This document shows, piece by piece, positions 39,739 through 45,952 of a stretch of 45,952 bases of DNA. Every line of letters starts with the position of its first letter. Positions within the stretch are counted from its first letter, which is position 1. The position numbers and the translations under genes were made by a program. Origin of the DNA: an uncultured Prevotellaceae bacterium (GTDB taxonomy: Bacteria; Bacteroidota; Bacteroidia; Bacteroidales; Bacteroidaceae); NCBI GenBank assembly GCA_900321835.1, contig ONXQ01000005.1:1-45952 (forward strand), in the 5' to 3' direction. The notes under the pieces are model-generated. The model had not been told where the DNA came from. It saw only the letters and a program-made list of their open reading frames with translations, and did not search any database.

Positions 39739-40755
39739 ATGCTCTACGGACACGGCGACGACACCTTCCGCTTCCCCCACCTGCGTGCCAACTTCAGTTC
39801 GAACATCTGCACAGAGGCCGACCTTGCCCCCCTCAAGGCGCATCTGGCCACACGGCTCTCCGCCATCGAGAACTATCCGGAGCCGGCAGCCGACTCGCTC
39901 GCTGCCTGCATCGCCCGGCTGCACGGCATCCAGCCCGACGAGGTGCTGGTGACCAACGGCGCCACCGATGCCATCTACCTCATTGCACAGGCTTTTGCCA
40001 CGGATGGTACCTATTTCTCGACCGACGAACCCACTTTCAGCGAATATGCCGACGCCTGCCTTTTGTTCGGATTGAAACCTCAGACAGACGCGGACTCTTC
40101 TGCAGCCGTTCGCTGGCTGTGCAACCCGAACAACCCCGACGGCCGCATCTACACGTCCGAGCAAGTGCGACGGGAGGCACAGCGCAGCACGTGGCTCGTC
40201 GTCGATCAGTCGTACGAAGACTACACCGCAGCCCCTCTGCTCACCGCTCGCGAGGCGCTCGGTGTGCCCAACCTGCTGCTGCTCCATTCGCTCACCAAGA
40301 GTTACGCCGTACCGGGGCTGCGCATCGGCTATGTCACTGCGCCGGCTCCGCTCATCGCCCGTCTCAAGTCCGTCAGCCGTCCGTGGGCCGTCAATGCCCT
40401 GGCGGTCGAGGCCGGGAAATGGCTGCTCAGCCACGATGTACGTGCCGTGCCCGACCTCGATGCCCTGTTGGCAGAGACCCAGCGGCTGGCCAACGCACTT
40501 TCGGAGGTGCCTCACCTCCACGTCAGCCCCACCGCCACGACCTTCATGCTCGTCTGCTGCGACACGTTCACGGCGGCCCAACTGAAGGAGCGGCTGGCCT
40601 CGGAACACGGTCTGCTCATCCGCGATGCCTCCAATTTCCCCACGCTCACTCCCCATCACTTCCGTGTGGCAACCCAGCGGCCCGACCAGAACGATGCACT
40701 TGTCGCTGCCCTGCGCACCCTTCTCTCCCCGTCTGCAGACGAACGAAAGTTCTGA
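39739..40755 (+). CDS. cobD: threonine-phosphate decarboxylase (class I/II aminotransferase fold)
   Basis: MLYGHGDD, NFSSN, YPEP, CNPNNPDG, HSLTKSYAVPGLRIGY (PLP lysine motif). Confidence 0.85.
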   Translation: MLYGHGDDTFRFPHLRANFSSNICTEADLAPLKAHLATRLSAIENYPEPAADSLAACIARLHGIQPDEVLVTNGATDAIYLIAQAFATDGTYFSTDEPTFSEYADACLLFGLKPQTDADSSAAVRWLCNPNNPDGRIYTSEQVRREAQRSTWLVVDQSYEDYTAAPLLTAREALGVPNLLLLHSLTKSYAVPGLRIGYVTAPAPLIARLKSVSRPWAVNALAVEAGKWLLSHDVRAVPDLDALLAETQRLANALSEVPHLHVSPTATTFMLVCCDTFTAAQLKERLASEHGLLIRDASNFPTLTPHHFRVATQRPDQNDALVAALRTLLSPSADERKF

Positions 40756-40820
40756 GTGCTTGAAAAAAAAGTTTTAAGTGCTTGAAAATTTACTTTTACG
40801 TGCTTGAAAGTTTGTTTTTA
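40754..40820. repeat. 3-unit tandem array, 22-bp period, (G/A)AGTGCTT variant
   Basis: Units at 40754, 40776, 40798: GAGTGCTTgaaaaaaaagtttt / AAGTGCTTgaaaatttactttt / ACGTGCTTgaaagtttgttttt; the first unit overlaps the cobD stop. Confidence 0.88.
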
Positions 40821-40833
40821 CCTACTTGTTTCG

Positions 40834-40841
40834 TAACTTTG
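40834..40841 (+). promoter_or_regulatory. -7 promoter box TAACTTTG
   Basis: 19 nt upstream of ATG 40861. Confidence 0.5.
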
Positions 40842-40860
40842 CACAAAGATTAGAAAACAA

Positions 40861-41400
40861 ATGGAGGTAGTCCTTATTCGCCACACCAGCGTCGCAGTCC
40901 CGAAAGGCACGTGCTACGGACAGACCGACGTGCCCGTTGCCGACACGTTTGAACAGGAGGCTGCGGCCACCCGTGCCGCCCTCGGCCGCTACGGCCAGTT
41001 CGACGCCGTCTTCTCGTCGCCCCTCACCCGTGCCCGCCTGCTGGCAGCAGCCTGCGGCTACGAACAGCCCGTCATCGACGACCGTCTGAAGGAGATGTCG
41101 ATGGGCGATTGGGAGATGAAGCAGTTTGACCTCATCGACGACCCGCACCTGAAGGAGTGGTACGACAACTACATCGAAGAGCGCACCAGCGGCGGAGAGA
41201 GTTTCCAGGACGTCTATCGGCGCGTGGCAGCCTTTCTTGACGAAGTGCGCCAACGGCCCGACTACACCCGCGTGGCCGTCTTTGCCCACGGCGGCGTGCT
41301 GATGTGTGCAGGCCTGTATGCCGGGCTCTACACCGCCGACGATATGTTCTACCACCTCGTCCCCTACGGCGGCATTCTGGAAATAAAAATTGAGAATTAG
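40861..41400 (+). CDS. cobC: alpha-ribazole phosphatase (histidine phosphatase family)
   Basis: MEVVLIRHTSV...CYGQTDVP, SSPLTRA, FAHGGV. Confidence 0.8.
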   Translation: MEVVLIRHTSVAVPKGTCYGQTDVPVADTFEQEAAATRAALGRYGQFDAVFSSPLTRARLLAAACGYEQPVIDDRLKEMSMGDWEMKQFDLIDDPHLKEWYDNYIEERTSGGESFQDVYRRVAAFLDEVRQRPDYTRVAVFAHGGVLMCAGLYAGLYTADDMFYHLVPYGGILEIKIEN

Positions 41401-41408
41401 TCAACACG

Positions 41409-41981
41409 ATGAGCAGAGTCATCTTGATCACAGGCGGACAGCGCTCGGGCAAGAGCGAATGGGCAGAGCGGATGGCGCTCTCGCTCAGCGACAGCCCCGT
41501 CTATGTGGCCACGGCCCATGTGTGGGACGAAGAGTTCCGCCAGCGGGTGCGCCGTCATCAGGAGCGTCGTGGACCTCAGTGGACAAACATCGAGGAAGAG
41601 ATGCGGCTGGCCGACCACGACCTGACGGGACGTGTGGCGGTGATTGACTGTGTGACACTTTGGCTCACCAATTTCTTCTTCCACCTTGACAGCAACACCG
41701 AACAGGCCCTCGCCGCCGCCAAGCGCGAATTCGACCGCCTCGCCGAGCAGGATGCGACCCTCATCTTTGTAACCAACGAAATCGGCTGTGGCGGCGTAAG
41801 CGACAATGCCCTTCAGCGCCGATTCACCGACCTGCAAGGCTGGATGAACCAGCACATCGCACAGCGAGCCGACGAGGTGTGGTGGATGGTGTCGGGCCTG
41901 CCCGTACAGATTAAGCATGAGAACATTCAACATACAACAGCCCGACAGCAGGATGCTGGCGGACATTCGCAAGAAGATTGA
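41409..41981 (+). CDS. cobU: bifunctional adenosylcobinamide kinase / adenosylcobinamide-phosphate guanylyltransferase
   Basis: ILITGGQRSGKSEWAE P-loop, HQERRGPQWTNIEE, IDCVTLWLTN, VTNEIGCGGV; the 3' end overlaps cobT by 65 nt. Confidence 0.85.
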   Translation: MSRVILITGGQRSGKSEWAERMALSLSDSPVYVATAHVWDEEFRQRVRRHQERRGPQWTNIEEEMRLADHDLTGRVAVIDCVTLWLTNFFFHLDSNTEQALAAAKREFDRLAEQDATLIFVTNEIGCGGVSDNALQRRFTDLQGWMNQHIAQRADEVWWMVSGLPVQIKHENIQHTTARQQDAGGHSQED

Positions 41982-42954
41982 CAACCTGAACAAGCCGAAA
42001 GGCTCGCTCGGACGCCTCGAAACGCTCGCCGAGCAAATCTGCCTGGTGCAGCAAACCCTGTCGCCGCGCCTCACCCACCCCAGCCACCTGCTACTCGGAG
42101 CCGACCACGGCATCGAGCGCGAGGCAGTGAGCGTGAGTCCGCGCGAAGTCACGTGGCAGCAGATGCTTAACTTCACCCACGGCGGCGGCGGAGTCAACAT
42201 GTTCTGCCGTCAGCACGGCTTCAAGTTGCGCATCGTAGATGTCGGCGTCGATTACGACTTCACGGGCGTTGATGGGATTCTGGACAGAAAAGTGGCGCGT
42301 GGAACACGCAATTTTCTCCACGAGGCTGCCATGACACAGGAAGAGTACGACCGCACCATCGACATCGGTGCAGCGCTCTGCGACGACTGCTTCGCCGAAG
42401 GCTGCAACGTGCTGAGCATCGGCGAGATGGGCATAGCCAACACCTCGCCGTCCAGCATCTGGATGAGCCTCTTTTGCCACATCCCGCTCGACGAGTGCAT
42501 AGGTGCCGGAGCAGGACTCGACACACCGGGCATCCGTCACAAGCGCGAGGTGCTCAGACAGGCTGTGGACAACTATCAGGGACAGGGCACTGCCGCCGAC
42601 CTCATCCGCTACTTCGGCGGATTCGAGATGGTAGCCGCCATCGGAGCCATGCTTCGTGCAGCCAAGCATCGTATGCTGGTGCTGGTCGATGGATTCATCA
42701 TGTCGGCCTGTGCCCTCGCCGCCATCCAGTTGGAACCGGAGGTGCGCGACTACATGATCTTTGCCCACTGCGGCGACGAGAGCGGCCATCGGCGTATGCT
42801 CGATGCCATGCAGGCCCAGCCCCTGCTCAGTCTTGGCCTGCGGCTGGGAGAAGGAACGGGAGCGCTCTGTGCCTACCCCATCGTCGATTCGGCTGTGCGG
42901 ATGATCAACGAAATGAACAACTTCGACAATGCGCGTATTACGAAATATTTTTGA
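41917..42954 (+). CDS. cobT: nicotinate-nucleotide--dimethylbenzimidazole phosphoribosyltransferase
   Basis: IDNLNKPKGSLGRLE, GADHGI, GEMGIANTS, LRLGEGTGA. Confidence 0.9.
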   Translation: MRTFNIQQPDSRMLADIRKKIDNLNKPKGSLGRLETLAEQICLVQQTLSPRLTHPSHLLLGADHGIEREAVSVSPREVTWQQMLNFTHGGGGVNMFCRQHGFKLRIVDVGVDYDFTGVDGILDRKVARGTRNFLHEAAMTQEEYDRTIDIGAALCDDCFAEGCNVLSIGEMGIANTSPSSIWMSLFCHIPLDECIGAGAGLDTPGIRHKREVLRQAVDNYQGQGTAADLIRYFGGFEMVAAIGAMLRAAKHRMLVLVDGFIMSACALAAIQLEPEVRDYMIFAHCGDESGHRRMLDAMQAQPLLSLGLRLGEGTGALCAYPIVDSAVRMINEMNNFDNARITKYF

Positions 42955-43711
42955 CCGTCTGTGGGCGGCTCTCATCTTTTTCACACGTCTGCCGTTGTGG
43001 CGGCTTTATCAGCCACCACAGGAGTGCTACAACTCGGTCGTTGAGTTCTGGCCGCTGACGGGATGGCTCACAGGCGGCGTGATGGCCGTCGTCATCGGGG
43101 TGGGCAGCCAGTGGCTGCCCTTGTCGGTGAGCGTCGTGCTGGCCATCGCTGCGCGCCTCTTGCTGACGGGCGGCCTTCACGAGGACGGCCTGGCCGATTT
43201 CTTTGACGGAATGGGCGGCGGAGGCAGCGACCGCAGCCGTGTGCTGGCCATCATGAAAGACTCTCACATCGGCACCTTCGGCGTTCTCTCGCTCATTGTC
43301 TATTTTCTGTTGCTGTGGACCGTGCTGACCTCCATGCCAGCCGTCATGGCCGCCTTCTGCATCTTCGTCGCCGACCCGTATGCCAAAATGCTGAGCGGAC
43401 AACTCATCCTCATGCTGCCCTACGCACGGACGGAGGAGACGGCGAAGAACCGCACCGTCTATCGTCGCTATTCGTGGAAGGCAGGACTGAGCCTGCTGGT
43501 GCAGGGACTGCTGCCGATGGGCCTCCTCGTTTATGTGTCGATGGATGTAGACTTCACCTGGGTGCTCATGCTGCCGGCCGTCGTCTTCTACCTGCTCTAC
43601 CTTTTCATTCGCCACCGTCTGCACGGCTACACGGGTGACTGCTGCGGCGCCGTCTGCCTGATGGTCGAGTTGACGACGTGCCTGGCCATGCTGCTCTGGG
43701 GGACCATGTGA
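42929..43711 (+). CDS. cobS: adenosylcobinamide-GDP ribazoletransferase (cobalamin synthase)
   Basis: ALIFFTRLP, GGLHEDGLADFFDG, multi-TM, 260 aa. Confidence 0.85.
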   Translation: MRVLRNIFDRLWAALIFFTRLPLWRLYQPPQECYNSVVEFWPLTGWLTGGVMAVVIGVGSQWLPLSVSVVLAIAARLLLTGGLHEDGLADFFDGMGGGGSDRSRVLAIMKDSHIGTFGVLSLIVYFLLLWTVLTSMPAVMAAFCIFVADPYAKMLSGQLILMLPYARTEETAKNRTVYRRYSWKAGLSLLVQGLLPMGLLVYVSMDVDFTWVLMLPAVVFYLLYLFIRHRLHGYTGDCCGAVCLMVELTTCLAMLLWGTM

Positions 43712-43772
43712 ACCACACCCGTTTTTCCTGAATCCCATAGTCCCACACAGAGGGAAGTTTTGCCACTTGTCC

Positions 43773-43865
43773 GAGCGCTTGGAAAAAAACGTCCGAGCGC
43801 TCGGACGTTTTCGTCTGAGCGCTCAGAGATTTTTTTCTGAGCGCTCAGCCCTATATACAGACTTT
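43773..43865 (+). repeat. 22-bp-phased GAGCGCTC element, 4 units
   Basis: Cores at 43773, 43795, 43817, 43839. The head gccacttgtccGAGCGCTTGGaaaaaaacgtc matches the 7367 copy. Tail cagccctatatacagac. Lies between convergent cobS and cbiB. Confidence 0.92.
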
Positions 43866-43866
43866 G

Positions 43867-44754
43867 TCAGAAAGAAAAGCAGAGGACGGCTGCCAGGAGC
43901 ACGGCAACGACTTCGGTGGTGACCACGATGCGCACGGCCCGCTGCATGTCGGGGGTGGAAAGCGGACGGGGGTTCGTGCCGATGAAAGGTTTGTCGAAAA
44001 GTTGGCCGAAGTAGGTGTGCGGACCGCCGAAACGGCAGTCGAGGATGCCGGCCAGAGCGGCTTCGGGCCATCCGCTGTTGGGGCTGGCATGGCGCGGGCC
44101 GTAGGTCCAGACAAAGCGCAGGAGCGACGGACGGCCGGCGACGAGAATCATGAGCAGGGCGGTGAGACGTGCAGGGATGAAGTTGGCGACGTCATCAATG
44201 CGGGCAGCGACGGTGCCGAAACGGCGATAGCGGTCGGTGCGGTAGCCAATCATCGAGTCAAGGGTGTTGACCATCTTGTAGGCCAGCATACCCGGTGCGC
44301 CGAGGAGGACGTACCAGAAAAGCGGTGCGATGACACCGTCGCTGAGGTTCTCGGCGAGCGTTTCGAGAGCGGCCGTGCGCACCTCCTGCGCTGTGAGTTC
44401 AGTCGTGTCGCGGCCCACAATGCGTGCCACCTGTCGGCGTCCCTGTTCCAGACCTTCATCGAGGGCGACAAAGACCTGACGGACTTCGCGGACGAGCGTA
44501 GTGCCTGCGAGACAGAAAAAGACTATGACGAAGTCGATGTAGCGTGGCAGTGCCCATGCGAGGGCGTAGGCCAGCAGAATGAGCACGACAGCCATGACGC
44601 CTCCTTTCAGACGTCGCCACGTGCCGCGGTTGAGCCAGTGTTCGCCCCAGCCAATCAGACGACCGAAGCCGACGACCGGGTGTGGCAGCCACGATGGGTC
44701 GCCCAGCAGGCGGTCGAGCGACCAACCGCCCAGAAGCATGAGGAACTTAATCAT
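43867..44754 (-). CDS. cbiB: adenosylcobinamide-phosphate synthase
   Basis: Start moved to ATG 44754 (MIKFLMLLGGWSLDRLLGDPSWLPHPVVGFGRLI). NLSDGVIAPLFWY, NTLDSMIGY, DDVANFIPARL, SPNSGWPEAA. Confidence 0.88.
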   Translation of the reverse strand: MIKFLMLLGGWSLDRLLGDPSWLPHPVVGFGRLIGWGEHWLNRGTWRRLKGGVMAVVLILLAYALAWALPRYIDFVIVFFCLAGTTLVREVRQVFVALDEGLEQGRRQVARIVGRDTTELTAQEVRTAALETLAENLSDGVIAPLFWYVLLGAPGMLAYKMVNTLDSMIGYRTDRYRRFGTVAARIDDVANFIPARLTALLMILVAGRPSLLRFVWTYGPRHASPNSGWPEAALAGILDCRFGGPHTYFGQLFDKPFIGTNPRPLSTPDMQRAVRIVVTTEVVAVLLAAVLCFSF

Positions 44755-45952
44755 GGCGCAGAATCTGGTAAATGCGTTGCAGGTCAACGTGCTGGCGGAC
44801 ATGGTCGGCCAGACGGTCGTATTGCTCCTGCTTGAATGCCTGATAATCAAAGGTGGAGACCTTGTCCGAGCGTTTTGCAGCATAGGGCTGGAGCAGGAAG
44901 TCCACGAAGGCGCGGTTGTCGAAGATGCCGTGCAGGTAGGTTCCCATGCACTGCGGACTGGCGTAGTATCCGTCTTCGCGTCCGTCGCTGAGGCGGAAAA
45001 GTGGAGAGGCAGGCTCATCGCCAAAGGGCTTCGTCACACCCATGTGGATTTCGTAGCCCGTGAGAAGAGCCTCGCCGTCCCCAGGCGAAAAGGCTGGGAA
45101 TGAAGAATGAAGAATGTCGGTTTCTCCTCCGGATGAAGAATAAGATTTACTTTCATTCTTCATTCTTAATTCTTCATTCTTCATGTCGTCGAAGGGAAGC
45201 CAACGGGCAGATACCTGGCGGGTAACTTTCTCGCCAGAAAGCGTAGTAGTGACTGGCAGAAGGCCCAAACCGGGAAGGCGTTCGGCATCGCCTTCGACAT
45301 GAAGCGGGTCGCACACCTCGACACCCAGCATCTGATAACCTCCGCAGATGCCCACCACTGTTTTTCCCTCGCGATGCGCCTCAACAATGGCCTGCGCCAT
45401 GCCGCTGCGGCGCAGATGGTAGAGGTCGTCGAGGGTCGATTTGCTCCCCGGCAGCACGACGATGTCGGCCTGCCGGAGGTCGTCGGGCGCTGCGGTGTAG
45501 AAGAGGTGGATGCGCGGATCCTGTTCCAGGGCATCGAAGTCGGTGAAGTTGGAGATGTGCTGAAGCATGACCACGGCGATGTTGATGCGTCCCTGCGCCG
45601 TCACCCTGGATTTCTGAGCCAAAGAAACACTGTCTTCCTCCTCGATGTGGATGTCTTTGAAATAGGGTATGACGCCCAGCACGGGGATGCCGCAAATCTT
45701 TTCCAACAGGCTGCGCCCCTCGTCGAAAAGGCGCATATCGCCACGGAATTTGTTGATAATGATGCCGCAGATGCGTCGGCGGTCGTCGTCGGGCAGCAGT
45801 GCGATGCTTCCATAAACCGAAGCAAACACGCCGCCACGGTCGATGTCGCCGACCAGAATGACACGTGCGTCGGCATGGCGGGCCATCGGCATATTCACGA
45901 TGTCGCTGTCGCGGAGGTTGAGTTCGCTGATGCTACCTGCTCCCTCCATGAC
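44747..45952 (-). CDS. cobQ: cobyric acid synthase, 5'-truncated by the window edge
   Basis: GAGSISELNLRDSDIVNM, VGDIDRGGVFAS, IINKFRGD, GATase part GICGGYQMLG, GYEIHMG, GTYLHGIFDN. The stop overlaps the cbiB start by 8 nt. Contains the inserted repeat listed below. Confidence 0.88.
   Translation of the reverse strand, partial: VMEGAGSISELNLRDSDIVNMPMARHADARVILVGDIDRGGVFASVYGSIALLPDDDRRRICGIIINKFRGDMRLFDEGRSLLEKICGIPVLGVIPYFKDIHIEEEDSVSLAQKSRVTAQGRINIAVVMLQHISNFTDFDALEQDPRIHLFYTAAPDDLRQADIVVLPGSKSTLDDLYHLRRSGMAQAIVEAHREGKTVVGICGGYQMLGVEVCDPLHVEGDAERLPGLGLLPVTTTLSGEKVTRQVSARWLPFDDMKNEELRMKNESKSYSSSGGETDILHSSFPAFSPGDGEALLTGYEIHMGVTKPFGDEPASPLFRLSDGREDGYYASPQCMGTYLHGIFDNRAFVDFLLQPYAAKRSDKVSTFDYQAFKQEQYDRLADHVRQHVDLQRIYQILRHD
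45098..45184. repeat. in-frame AT-rich heptamer-palindrome insertion inside cobQ
   Basis: GAATGAAGAATGAAGAATG (45098-45116) ... CATTCTTCATTCTTAATTCTTCATTCTTCAT (45154-45184). Translated on the minus strand as ...DDMKNEELRMKNESKSYSSSGGETDILHSSF... Confidence 0.8.

Noticed and set aside
972-45103. Many other long antisense or out-of-frame ORFs (e.g. 972..1904-, 3499..4617+, 7439..8242-, 7957..9186+, 11229..12215-, 12990..13898-, 14391..15323-, 15823..16764-, 27320..28291-, 28452..29453-, 29624..30985-, 33736..34809-, 34885..35706-, 35807..36904-, 37077..39002-, 39594..40763+, 39700..40659-, 42091..42984-, 42938..43738-, 43864..44835+)
   Set aside because: Each overlaps a CDS with clear family motifs on the other strand or frame. 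Their compositions are Arg/Pro/Ala/Gly-rich low complexity, as expected from a lack of stop codons in GC-rich sequence.
1-45952. Mobile genetic element, prophage or defence island
   Set aside because: I found no transposase, integrase, recombinase, restriction-modification, toxin-antitoxin, reverse transcriptase or phage structural motifs in any frame. The repeats have no associated coding capacity.

Overview
High-GC (roughly 58-60%) chromosomal segment that looks Bacteroidota/Bacteroidales (Prevotella-like). Support: TAnnTTTG -7 promoter boxes, four T9SS C-terminal-domain cargo proteins, TonB-dependent receptors and Bacteroidetes-style lipoprotein signals. The left half (1-26.6 kb) holds housekeeping and secreted-protein genes: an OmpR-type two-component pair, a secreted esterase, a Sel1 protein, trpS, a sodium:solute symporter, a CaCA antiporter, an orphan ABC ATPase, mtnN, mazG, an FMN-binding protein, a putative-porin operon, two M6 (InhA-like) metalloproteases and two large CBM-like/zincin T9SS proteins. 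The right half (27.2-46 kb) starts just after tRNA-Ser(CGA) and is a cobalamin region. The fused corrin-ring genes cbiH-cbiC, cbiE-cbiT and cbiG-cbiF are each interrupted by short internal deletions with frame changes, so they look like pseudogenes. cbiJ-cbiD keeps its frame but carries in-frame GC-rich hairpin insertions. A cobalamin riboswitch then precedes TBDT, a surface CbiK-like lipoprotein, a second TBDT, a PduO-type adenosyltransferase, cobD, cobC, cobU, cobT and cobS, followed by convergent cbiB-cobQ; these lower-pathway and salvage genes look intact. The most unusual sequence-level feature is a dispersed ~100-bp intergenic element, present in 8 full copies plus one partial copy and in both orientations. 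It is built of 4-5 exactly 22-bp-phased units around a palindromic GAGCGCTC core. Three further arrays keep the same 22-bp phase but have AT-shifted sequence. I saw no rRNA, CRISPR, transposase, integrase or phage genes. All protein calls rest on motif recognition from the supplied translations; no database search was possible.
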